From the NCBI GenBank assembly GCA_049599895.1, contig JBMYPC010000096.1, positions 1-11,833 of the forward strand: a DNA stretch of 11,833 nucleotides, in the 5' to 3' direction. Shown here one piece after another: positions 1 through 7,803 of the stretch. Made by a program: the position numbers and the translations under genes. Positions within the stretch are counted from its first letter, which is position 1. The number at the start of each line of letters is the position of its first letter. The notes under the pieces are model-generated. The model had not been told where the DNA came from. It did no database searches and saw only the letters and a program-made list of their open reading frames with translations. This stretch comes from Bacteriovoracaceae bacterium (GTDB taxonomy: Bacteria; Bdellovibrionota; Bacteriovoracia; Bacteriovoracales; Bacteriovoracaceae).

Positions 1-2
1 AT

Positions 3-80
3 CGAGGCTGTGAATTTACAATTCGAGTTCTTTACGTTAATTCCTTTTCATTAGAGGGACTTCTTACATTAGCTGGTTAA
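3..80 (+). CDS. Possible 3' end of a gene entering from the left edge (…RGCEFTIRVLYVNSFSLEGLLTLAG*)
   Basis: Frame 3 is open from the window edge to TAA at 78-80, ending 4 nt from the convergent kinase stop. Frame 1 is also open to a TAG at 52-54, so the frame is uncertain. Too short to assign a product. Confidence 0.3.
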   Translation, partial: RGCEFTIRVLYVNSFSLEGLLTLAG

Positions 81-84
81 AAAA

Positions 85-1677
85 CTAAGCGACGTTGGAA
101 TCTTTTGCTTTTTTCTTTGGTATGCATAAAACAAAAGCAGTGTGACCATCGATGGTCTTATAGATAAGATCTCCTCCATGATCCTGAGCGATACCTTTTG
201 AAATAGAAAGGCCTAATCCTGTACCCTTACCAACATCTTTTGTTGTAAAAAAAGGATCAAAGATTTTTTCAATTAATTCCTGGTCAATCCCTAAGCCACT
301 GTCTTTTATTATGATCTCATCAAACTTTTCCGTCTCTGCATAAGAGATTTCAACCCAGGGTGTATTTTCTTCTGAGTTTGCATCGATAGCATTAGCGATC
401 AGATTAATAATAATTTGTTCAATTTGAGACTGGTCAATTAAGAGAGTCACATCATTTTTAATGAGTGAGGTGATCTTTATGGAAGACTTGGAGGCTTTGA
501 TAGATGACATTTCAATACATTCTTCAATAAGCTCAATCAATGATTTTTTCGCAAGAGAAATTTCATTCTGAGATCTTGAGAATCGTTTTAAACCTTTTAC
601 GATTTTAGAAATTCGATCCGTAGACTTTTGAATTCTGTTGAGATGTTCTTTCGTTTTTTCACATCCAGAGTTTAGGCGTGAGATGATCGTGGCACCTCCG
701 CTTATAATGGCCAGAGGGTTATTGATTTCATGAGCAACTCCCGCGGCCATTTCCCCAAGAGAGGCAAGTTTGGTTTTGTGAAAAGCGATAGTCTTTTGTT
801 TTTGAAGTTCTTGATGGGATCTTTCGATTTCTTTTGTTTGCCTATAGACCTTGGCTTTAATCTGTTCTTCTTCCTTAATCAGTTTGAACATAATAAATGA
901 TAAAGAGAGAGTGAGAAAAATCCCTAAAACTGAAATGATGAGATAAATCTTAACATCATCATCGAGATGGGTGGACTTTTTTGTTTTTGCCAGGTAGGTA
1001 ATAAAAATTCCATTTGATTCAAGGGTATCGTACAAATTGTGAATCTCATCATTTTGAATTGAATAGACTTCTTTTGGAGATTTCTTTCCAGTGCTAAGAT
1101 CAATTGTGATCACATTTTGATAATTAGAATCGTTGATAATGAGAAATTCATTATGATCTCTAATATCAGAAAGGGAAGTGATCAGTTGAGATTCAATGAT
1201 CATGATAAGAAGACCTGATTGTCCTCCTAGAGAAGTCACCCCTTTTGTGAGAATAATATATAAAGATTCATTAGTTGAAATTGTTTTAATGGGTTCGAGT
1301 ATACTACCTTCCTGACAAAGAGAATTCTCTTTTGCAATCAGGTTTGAATAGAGAGAATATTTTTCTTTTTGATCGTTATTGCGCCAACACAAAGCTGAAA
1401 CTTTATTTTTCTGAATGAGGTTTCTCGTAAACAGAGTGAATTCTGATTGATCAACGTAAGAGGAGGCTTTAAAAAAGTTTGCTAAGTTATCTAGGTGATA
1501 ATAAAACTTGGAAAATTGATTCTTCACACCAGCAAAGCCTTTTTGGGTTTGGTAATCAAAGCTATGCTTAAATCTCTCTCTTTGAATTTCAACTTGATGA
1601 AAATAAAGATAGATCGAAAGAAAAATTCCTACAAAAGTAAAAAAAACGACAAATGCAAGGCTTACTCTCATCTTCAT
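85..1677 (-). CDS. Membrane-bound sensor histidine kinase (TM, extracytoplasmic CHASE-like sensor region, TM, HisKA, HATPase_c)
   Basis: H box [17 protein letters not shown] box [14 protein letters not shown]1 DSGLGI, F box FDPFFTTK, G2 [11 protein letters not shown]. Two hydrophobic segments (about aa 7-27 and 244-264). [16 protein letters not shown] resembles the start of CHASE domains (inference). Confidence 0.95.
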   Translation of the reverse strand: MKMRVSLAFVVFFTFVGIFLSIYLYFHQVEIQRERFKHSFDYQTQKGFAGVKNQFSKFYYHLDNLANFFKASSYVDQSEFTLFTRNLIQKNKVSALCWRNNDQKEKYSLYSNLIAKENSLCQEGSILEPIKTISTNESLYIILTKGVTSLGGQSGLLIMIIESQLITSLSDIRDHNEFLIINDSNYQNVITIDLSTGKKSPKEVYSIQNDEIHNLYDTLESNGIFITYLAKTKKSTHLDDDVKIYLIISVLGIFLTLSLSFIMFKLIKEEEQIKAKVYRQTKEIERSHQELQKQKTIAFHKTKLASLGEMAAGVAHEINNPLAIISGGATIISRLNSGCEKTKEHLNRIQKSTDRISKIVKGLKRFSRSQNEISLAKKSLIELIEECIEMSSIKASKSSIKITSLIKNDVTLLIDQSQIEQIIINLIANAIDANSEENTPWVEISYAETEKFDEIIIKDSGLGIDQELIEKIFDPFFTTKDVGKGTGLGLSISKGIAQDHGGDLIYKTIDGHTAFVLCIPKKKAKDSNVA

Positions 1678-3126
1678 TTAGGACTGCAGCACTTTTAAGA
1701 GGTTTTGAGGATAACTCTTTTTGAGAAAACTCCACTGCAGAATTTGCTGTTTACGGCCAAGCTTCTCTGTAATGGATTCCCACTTTTTATGAAGTTCTTT
1801 GAAGGCAAGCTCTGGTGTGAGATTTCCAAGTGAGCAATTATGAATGATCTGTTTTAAAGCGCCAAGGTACTGGCCCTGTCCGCTAAGGTAAAGATCAGGA
1901 ATACTATTTTTGAGACAAGTCTCATGAATTTTTAGAAAATCTTTACTGTAGGTTTTTGTAATTTCTGGACAATTATAATGGCCTTGTCTATGAGGATCAA
2001 AATATCCTCCGACTTCTCGAACCGATTTTTTTGAAATTTCCGAAGTCGAAGCAAATAAACAAAAAAGATACGCAACCTCTTTTTGGTTAGAATTTTGAGA
2101 AACAGTATAGTTCCATCCCCAGTTAAAATAGGGAACAGTAAATGTTTTACCGTTTTTCACTCCACCAGGAAGTGGAGCAAAAGTCATATTGTTTTTTATT
2201 TTTGAATTCGGTCCGTTGAGATATTTTTGTGTTCCACCCCAACCAAAATTCACATAGCTCTTACCCTCTGAAAAATTTTTGAAATTATCAAAGAGACTAT
2301 CTTTAAAACTTCTTTCATCAAGGAACTTATTGATCTTTAGCATTTCTTTAAGAGCTTGAATCGATTGAGGATGCTCGATATTTGGAGTCATGTCGTCTTT
2401 AAATGGCAGAAGACCTTTTCCATGAAGACGGACCCAATACTCCCAAATCTGGTAATCTTTATTTCGAAAGAGATTCCCTCCATAACGATTGTTTTGAGGG
2501 TCATGAAAAAACTCAATCTGACGATCAAGTTCCTCCCATGTCTTTGGAACTTTAAGCTGATTGCCAGTCTTCTTTAAGTAAGAACTTTTAAAACTTTCGT
2601 TTTCAAGAAAAGACTTATTAAGAAACATGATATAGGTGTCACCATCAGCTTGATAGCCATAAAACTTTCCTTTATAAAAATCTCCACGATCGTAGAGGAT
2701 GTCATCTTTAAAGTTCTTAGGTTCAAACTCCTTTGCATATGAGCTTAAATCTTCAATGACATTGGCCTCAACGAGATTAGGAAGGTTAAAGGTCGCTGGT
2801 AATGCGATATCAAAGTTTGATTTATGATAAATTTTATTATCGAGCATCATCTCTGCTGCAATATTATCTAGTGAACCTTCTTTGAGATTAATTTTGATTC
2901 CAGAAGCTTTGCTAAACTCTGAAGCGATCGGTTTGAGATTACCAAGAGACCCTTTTGGATAAAGGATTGTGAGAGGCGTTCGATTCCACTTTTTCTTTGC
3001 GATCTTTGCGATATCAAGAGAATTCCTAGGTCGACTTTTAGGTGAACTGAAAGCAAGTGGCGAGATGGTAAGCGCCGAGAGCCCACCAATAGAATTTTTA
3101 ATGAAGATTCTTCTCGAGGTTTTCAT
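1678..3126 (-). CDS. Tat-exported extracellular solute-binding protein, family 1 (sugar-type ABC substrate-binding fold)
   Basis: Twin-arginine signal SRRIFIK followed by a hydrophobic stretch and AFS. Family-1-like segments: YKGKFYGYQADGDTYIMFLNK, VPKTWEEL, FAPLPG, GWNYTVSQNSNQKEVAYLF. Confidence 0.85.
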   Translation of the reverse strand: MKTSRRIFIKNSIGGLSALTISPLAFSSPKSRPRNSLDIAKIAKKKWNRTPLTILYPKGSLGNLKPIASEFSKASGIKINLKEGSLDNIAAEMMLDNKIYHKSNFDIALPATFNLPNLVEANVIEDLSSYAKEFEPKNFKDDILYDRGDFYKGKFYGYQADGDTYIMFLNKSFLENESFKSSYLKKTGNQLKVPKTWEELDRQIEFFHDPQNNRYGGNLFRNKDYQIWEYWVRLHGKGLLPFKDDMTPNIEHPQSIQALKEMLKINKFLDERSFKDSLFDNFKNFSEGKSYVNFGWGGTQKYLNGPNSKIKNNMTFAPLPGGVKNGKTFTVPYFNWGWNYTVSQNSNQKEVAYLFCLFASTSEISKKSVREVGGYFDPHRQGHYNCPEITKTYSKDFLKIHETCLKNSIPDLYLSGQGQYLGALKQIIHNCSLGNLTPELAFKELHKKWESITEKLGRKQQILQWSFLKKSYPQNLLKVLQS

Positions 3127-3171
3127 AGTTTTACCAATAAAGTTTTTCTACTTTTCGAGTTTCTACAAAAA

Positions 3172-3260
3172 TGGTGCCCGAGGCCGGACTTGAACCGGCA
3201 CGTCCGATAAAGGACGAGGGATTTTAAATCCCTTGTGTCTACCAATTCCACCACCCGGGC
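3172..3260 (-). tRNA. tRNA-Leu, anticodon TAA, with encoded CCA
   Basis: Reverse complement GCCCGGGTGGTGGAATTGGTAGACACAAGGGATTTAAAATCCCTCGTCCTTTATCGGACGTGCCGGTTCAAGTCCGGCCTCGGGCACCA. Acceptor stem GCCCGGG/CTCGGGC, anticodon arm AGGGA-TTTAAAA-TCCCT, long variable arm CGTCC/GGACG, T arm GCCGG-TTCAAGT-CCGGC, discriminator A. Confidence 0.98.
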
Positions 3261-3280
3261 ATTATAATTGGGTAAGGTCT

Positions 3281-3300
3281 AATAATTCTCTGGAATTATT
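3281..3300. repeat. Perfect 8-bp inverted repeat AATAATTC-TCTG-GAATTATT
   Basis: Read directly in the divergent intergenic region between the tRNA and the lipoprotein gene. Confidence 0.7.
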
Positions 3301-3317
3301 GAATTCGTAGGGGTTTA

Positions 3318-3347
3318 ATTTTGTACGATTTGCTCAAGTTCTGTCAA
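3318..3347 (-). promoter_or_regulatory. Putative sigma70 promoter for tRNA-Leu
   Basis: Minus strand has a perfect TTGACA (3347-3342), an 18-nt spacer and CAAAAT (3323-3318), about 57 nt upstream of the tRNA 5' end. Confidence 0.5.
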
Positions 3348-3359
3348 TGGCGATTTTTA

Positions 3360-4913
3360 ATGAAGCGTAATGTTATTTGCTTACTCTTCTCACTACTAAT
3401 ACTCGAGGGCTGCTCTAACTCAGGGGAAGAGAAGAATAAGAAAGTTGACCCTTACGCTCCTGTAAAGGTCTCCGCTTTCTGGCTCGATGGGCCAGAATTC
3501 GTGAAAAAGAGTGATGAGGACCTTGCCCTCGAGCCTCATGCTTTTATTGACCCAGTTCCTTTTAGTGATGCCAGCACTTTTGAACTCAATTTTGTTCCCA
3601 TGACCTTAAAAGGGGACAAGTTTCTCTACAATTTGGATACAGCTTCAGGGCAGATTTATCGGGAAAAAGATCTTTGTAAACAAAGAGATGTTTGGAAGCG
3701 CTCAAAACTTCCCGTTTATAGGCCCCCCTTTACGGAAGGGTTTATACCAAGACTTTTGAACCAAAACGGTAAACCTCAGAGGATAATCGTTTTTGGTTCA
3801 AATAAGAACTTCAAGGACTTCTCTTATAAAGAAATTCATTCCTACAGAGTTCGAGTTGTGGGAGGTCTTATTTTTCAATACTGTGATTTTTTCCCTTGTG
3901 GAGGAAATTCAAAAAAGTGGCTTGGTTCAATGATTCTAGTTGCTGTTCCACCTAAAGATCCAGACTTTGGAAAAGTTAAAGAACTTGAAGAACTTAAAAA
4001 GAAAATGGGCAAGAAAAAATGGGACCGAGTGGTGACCTATCTTGAAAACTACAGAGGAAGAACCTTTAAGCAATCAGGTGAGTCTCCCGCATATCGAATT
4101 ATCGGCGATACAGACGCATCGAAGTCATTTAGACATGCTTTTGATAAAGGGCTCTTTTTTCAAATGCCAAGGCTTAGAACTCTTAAAAAAAGCTGTTGGT
4201 CTTTATATGATTTCACTTGGAAAAGTTTAGAGAAAATTCGATCTTCAAGGCCAAGATCAAAAACAGAGTTTAAACGTGAACAAAACAAAAGGGCAGCTGA
4301 GCAGATTCAGAAGATTTTCGAATCAAGAGTAATTGATGAAACCCCATTTGTTCCAGCAGAGAAAGAAAATTTAATTGCCACAGACTTTGCTCGGTTTTTT
4401 GATTATTGGTACAAAAATTTTGGTTCTGCTTATGCCTACTGTAGAAGGTTTTTACCTGCTGCCAATCATAGGGTAGCTCCGAGAAGACATTGGACCATGG
4501 AATATCTCTGGCTTTTCTTAAAACTTGAAGAATATGGTTATGTTTATCAATGCCCAAAACGCGCTTGGCTAGAAAACCCTAAAACTCGAGACGGACGCTA
4601 TTCACTTGATCCCTATGAGGCAAAAAAAAATTGTACGACCTACGAGCTTGACCAAGCTTTTGAGCAAGCCGATCAATTTATTGAAGGTCTAAGAATCAAC
4701 AATAAGCCTCATCCGATGTATTTAGAGTATGACTTTGGAGATGGGGGAACCCATCAAAGGCTTTTTTCTTGGGTTGAATCGAGAGGCAAGAAACTGAGTT
4801 GCATAAAGTCTAAAAAAAGAAAATTAGAGTTCAATGCTTTTCCAGATGATGTCAAATGGGAGCCCTTTGATCGTGGGGAGAAAAAGGGTATCTTAATAAG
4901 ACCTAGACGATAA
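3360..4913 (+). CDS. Putative lipoprotein of unknown function (517 aa from ATG 3360)
   Basis: Long ORF. Starting at ATG 3360 gives the signal MKRNVICLLFSLLILEG|C with an atypical lipobox LEGC. Eight further Cys. The ORF-track TTG start at 3321 overlaps the tRNA promoter and is less likely. Confidence 0.8.
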   Translation: MKRNVICLLFSLLILEGCSNSGEEKNKKVDPYAPVKVSAFWLDGPEFVKKSDEDLALEPHAFIDPVPFSDASTFELNFVPMTLKGDKFLYNLDTASGQIYREKDLCKQRDVWKRSKLPVYRPPFTEGFIPRLLNQNGKPQRIIVFGSNKNFKDFSYKEIHSYRVRVVGGLIFQYCDFFPCGGNSKKWLGSMILVAVPPKDPDFGKVKELEELKKKMGKKKWDRVVTYLENYRGRTFKQSGESPAYRIIGDTDASKSFRHAFDKGLFFQMPRLRTLKKSCWSLYDFTWKSLEKIRSSRPRSKTEFKREQNKRAAEQIQKIFESRVIDETPFVPAEKENLIATDFARFFDYWYKNFGSAYAYCRRFLPAANHRVAPRRHWTMEYLWLFLKLEEYGYVYQCPKRAWLENPKTRDGRYSLDPYEAKKNCTTYELDQAFEQADQFIEGLRINNKPHPMYLEYDFGDGGTHQRLFSWVESRGKKLSCIKSKKRKLEFNAFPDDVKWEPFDRGEKKGILIRPRR

Positions 4914-4942
4914 TCTCTAGGAAATAAATCTTTGAGGTATAT

Positions 4943-5935
4943 TTGAAAAAACTTGCTCTTTTTTCAACATTTGTCTTTTTAGGAATTTTTGCGTTAAAAA
5001 TCTTTCGGCCTCAAAAAACGGAACCTCTAATCCAAATTCCTGATTATTCAAATCAAAAAAAAGCTCAAAGGCCTAAACCTCCTAAGGAAGTAAAAAAAGA
5101 GAAAAAACCTGTTTCTATTTCTAGAGCTTTGCCAAAAAAAGAGAATATCGTTTCCCTTAAAAGAGAGTCTAAAAAAGTTTTAGAGTCGAGACCTTATGAA
5201 AAAGTCAAAGATCCTAAAGAATATTCTGTTCTTGATGCGGATGGAAATCTTTTTATTGAGAATATCGTTGTCGATGGTGATGATCTGGTTGCTCATGGAG
5301 ATATTTTAGTAGGATCAGCAAGTAAGATCCTTGAAAAACTCAAAAAAGGATCAGGTCTCGTTCTTCCCAAACCTATTCCCTGGACAAATGGAATTGTTCC
5401 CTATGTGATTCAAGATGGTCTTAAAAATACAGATGCCGTTAGAGAAAGTATTGAGTATTTTAATTCTTTAGATGTGGTTAAGTTTGTTCCTCGTGATGAG
5501 CATAAAAACTTTATTTCTTTTGAAAAGGGCGAAAACAATTGTTACTCCCATGTGGGAATGATTGGTGGGAAACAAAAGGTAAGCCTCAGTGAGAGGTGTG
5601 GTTATGGTGAAATCAATCATGAAATTACTCATGCCCTTGGTTTTTTTCATGAGCAAAATAGAGAAGATCGAGATGATTATATCGAAGTTCATTGGTATAA
5701 CATCGATGAAATGTATCACCCTCAGTTTAAAAAAATACCTAATTCTTGGCAGCATCTCTACGAAACAAAGTTCGACTTTAAATCAATAATGCTTTATCCT
5801 CCAACGGCATTTTCTCTATATGAGAATGACTACGCGATAACAACCGTTGAGGGAGAAGCCTATGAAAAACAAACGGATGAACTCAGTCGAATTGATATTC
5901 TAAGGCTCAAAATGCTTTATACTGATTCTGAATGA
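4943..5935 (+). CDS. Astacin-family (M12A) zinc metalloprotease with N-terminal signal/anchor and pro-region
   Basis: HEITHALGFFHEQNREDRD matches HExxHxxGFxHExxRxDRD. Met-turn SIMLY, WTNGIVPY and CYSHVG motifs, pro-region HGDIL. TTG start preceded by GAGGT. Confidence 0.93.
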   Translation: MKKLALFSTFVFLGIFALKIFRPQKTEPLIQIPDYSNQKKAQRPKPPKEVKKEKKPVSISRALPKKENIVSLKRESKKVLESRPYEKVKDPKEYSVLDADGNLFIENIVVDGDDLVAHGDILVGSASKILEKLKKGSGLVLPKPIPWTNGIVPYVIQDGLKNTDAVRESIEYFNSLDVVKFVPRDEHKNFISFEKGENNCYSHVGMIGGKQKVSLSERCGYGEINHEITHALGFFHEQNREDRDDYIEVHWYNIDEMYHPQFKKIPNSWQHLYETKFDFKSIMLYPPTAFSLYENDYAITTVEGEAYEKQTDELSRIDILRLKMLYTDSE

Positions 5936-6660
5936 TTTTGAAAGAGGTCAATAAGCTCATCATTTTCAAGAGTTGAAATCTTAAAAACGTCACTAAAACC
6001 TTTAATGATTTCGCTCTTCTCTCCGAGTGACGATTTGAGAAGATTGATGTAATTACTTCTTTTTATTTCTTTTCCCCCCAACGCACTTACAACAGGAGTG
6101 ACCATTTGAGTGTCCATCCAGTGGATTCCTTGGGTCTTGAGATAAAGCATAAGTCCCACAAGGGCGATTTTTGAGGCATCTGTTTCTGAGTGGTACATGG
6201 ATTCACCACCAATAAACCGATCGATGGAGACGCCATAAAGACCACCAACAATTTCTTTATTTTGATTTCGGACTTCAACAGAATAAGTGAAACCCGCTCC
6301 ATGAAAGTTACGGTAAGCCTCAAGAAGGTCCTCTGTAATCCAAGTTCCACTTTGGCCTTTTCTATTTTTGGCCTTTTTACAAGCTTCAATAATAAAATCA
6401 AAGTTTTGATTAAAAGTAATTTTTAATTTTGATTTTTTTAAGCTTTTAAGAAGAGATTTTGGGATATGCAGATCACTAACATTAAGAATTCCTCTTGGAT
6501 TTGGAGAAAACCAAGCAAGGGGATATTCATCGGAAATTGGCCATGGAAAAATTCCTGACTGGTAGGCAAGAAGAAGAGTTTCAATGTCGAGATCTCCACC
6601 TATGGCCAAAAGGCCATGTTCATCTGCTCGTTGAACGGGAGGAAATCGATCCACTACCAT
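5917..6660 (-). CDS. aat: Leucyl/phenylalanyl-tRNA--protein transferase
   Basis: GLLAIGGDL, LLLAYQSGIFPW, WFSPNPRG, GTWIT, SVEV, VGGLYGV, GESMYH, DASKIAL, MDTQ. Confidence 0.96.
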   Translation of the reverse strand: MVVDRFPPVQRADEHGLLAIGGDLDIETLLLAYQSGIFPWPISDEYPLAWFSPNPRGILNVSDLHIPKSLLKSLKKSKLKITFNQNFDFIIEACKKAKNRKGQSGTWITEDLLEAYRNFHGAGFTYSVEVRNQNKEIVGGLYGVSIDRFIGGESMYHSETDASKIALVGLMLYLKTQGIHWMDTQMVTPVVSALGGKEIKRSNYINLLKSSLGEKSEIIKGFSDVFKISTLENDELIDLFQNHSESV

Positions 6661-6695
6661 GATAATAGTATAACCAACAATGGTCTTTTTGATAA
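6661..6695 (-). promoter_or_regulatory. Putative sigma70 promoter giving a leaderless aat mRNA
   Basis: Minus strand TTATCA (6695-6690), 17 nt, TATACT (6672-6667), 6 nt, ATG. No Shine-Dalgarno motif before the ATG. Confidence 0.5.
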
Positions 6696-6699
6696 AGAA

Positions 6700-7800
6700 T
6701 TAAACAAGATGCTCAAGAATACTAGAAGCCGTCTGTAGAGTATTTTGGGGTTCTGGAAAAAGAGTCGGTCCCGTTTCTTTAAGATGAGGCCAATTATTAA
6801 CCAGTGGCGCAACTTCAACAAGGTCTGTACTCAGGACATTGAATTCATTTTGAAGGGCCTTAATAATACAGATACTCTCATGAGGGGAAAGTCCTCCCGT
6901 CTCTGGTGTTCCTGTAGCGGCGGCATAACTAGAGTCGATAGCATCAATATCAAAACTAATATAGAGATCTTCAATACTTTGTTTTTTTAAGTGCGAGACG
7001 ATAAATTCACACCATTCATCGATTGGTTTTTCTTTAATTTCATGAGACCAGATTTGTGGGAATTTAAATTTATTTTCCCAATGATCTCGATCTTGGCCAC
7101 TTGAGCGAATCCCTATTTGAACAAGGTTTTGAGAGGATTCAAGATAGGGGAGTACGTGATAAGTCCAAGAGCCAAAACAAAGATCAATCCCAAGCCTCTT
7201 ATCAAGAAGGTCTGTATGGGCATCGAAGTGGATAAGTCCAGTCTTTCGATTTAATCTGCTTTGTTTTTTCAAAAAACTTTTGACAAGAGGATAGCTGACA
7301 GAATGATCTCCACCTAAGGCCACAATTTTCTTATTAGGGTCTAGTTCATAGATCAGATCACAGACATATTCAGTGATTGAAAGTGGTGAAACCGGAAGTT
7401 TTGATCCTGGATCATTATAAAGAGCTAAACGGCATTCTTTAAGGGTCGGCTCATTTAAGTATTTGTCATGAAGAAGGTGAGGAATCACTCGAATATCACC
7501 AATATCGAAAATCTCTTTTGAGTGATTGTCCTTTAAAAACTCTTCTCTTAAATAAAGAGGTCCCCAATTTGCTCCTCTTAGAATTCCACCTCCTGAGTCA
7601 CTGCAGACGCCAAGAAAGAGGGTTTCATTTTCCATTATTGAATCGAGACTTGTTTCCCAGGCCAATTGAACTTTTTCAAGGTCTGTTTCGTTATAGTATT
7701 TTTCGTGAAGAGCCGCTTTATTTTCTTTTGCTGTATGGACAGTAAAAACGCCATTGCCTGGAGCAGTGAGGAGCTTTTTGAGTTCTGATATTTTATTCAT
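6700..7800 (-). CDS. Ureohydrolase (arginase/agmatinase superfamily), substrate uncertain
   Basis: GANWGP, DIGD, LGGDHS, HFDAHTD, VQIGIR, SFDIDAID, ATGTP, DLVEVAP. All binuclear metal ligands are present. Confidence 0.93.
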   Translation of the reverse strand: MNKISELKKLLTAPGNGVFTVHTAKENKAALHEKYYNETDLEKVQLAWETSLDSIMENETLFLGVCSDSGGGILRGANWGPLYLREEFLKDNHSKEIFDIGDIRVIPHLLHDKYLNEPTLKECRLALYNDPGSKLPVSPLSITEYVCDLIYELDPNKKIVALGGDHSVSYPLVKSFLKKQSRLNRKTGLIHFDAHTDLLDKRLGIDLCFGSWTYHVLPYLESSQNLVQIGIRSSGQDRDHWENKFKFPQIWSHEIKEKPIDEWCEFIVSHLKKQSIEDLYISFDIDAIDSSYAAATGTPETGGLSPHESICIIKALQNEFNVLSTDLVEVAPLVNNWPHLKETGPTLFPEPQNTLQTASSILEHLV

Positions 7801-7803
7801 AGT

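Noticed and set aside
85..120. Kinase C-terminus [10 protein letters not shown] as an ssrA-like ClpXP degron
   Set aside because: Only a weak resemblance (no terminal AA/LAA), so it cannot be supported from sequence.
3141..3170. TTTCTAC twice, reminiscent of the Cas12a repeat stem
   Set aside because: No complementary GTAGA arm on the same strand, no spacer-length periodicity and no cas genes.
1495..3193. Short ORFs 1495-1698, 2356-2577, 2868-3089 and 2969-3193
   Set aside because: Antisense or alternate-frame shadows of the kinase and binding-protein genes with no recognisable motifs. The last one also runs into the tRNA.
3172..3260. Prophage or integrative element at tRNA-Leu
   Set aside because: No integrase, phage gene or duplicated tRNA 3' end was seen in the window.
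3321..3359. TTG start at 3321 for the lipoprotein
   Set aside because: It overlaps the predicted tRNA promoter and lengthens the signal peptide. ATG 3360 gives a typical MKR-hydrophobic-lipobox signal.
4042..7745. Short ORFs 4042-4230, 4270-4557, 5468-5755, 5589-5789, 6087-6401, 6190-6426, 6745-6990 and 7518-7745
   Set aside because: All lie inside longer, better-supported genes and show no family motifs.
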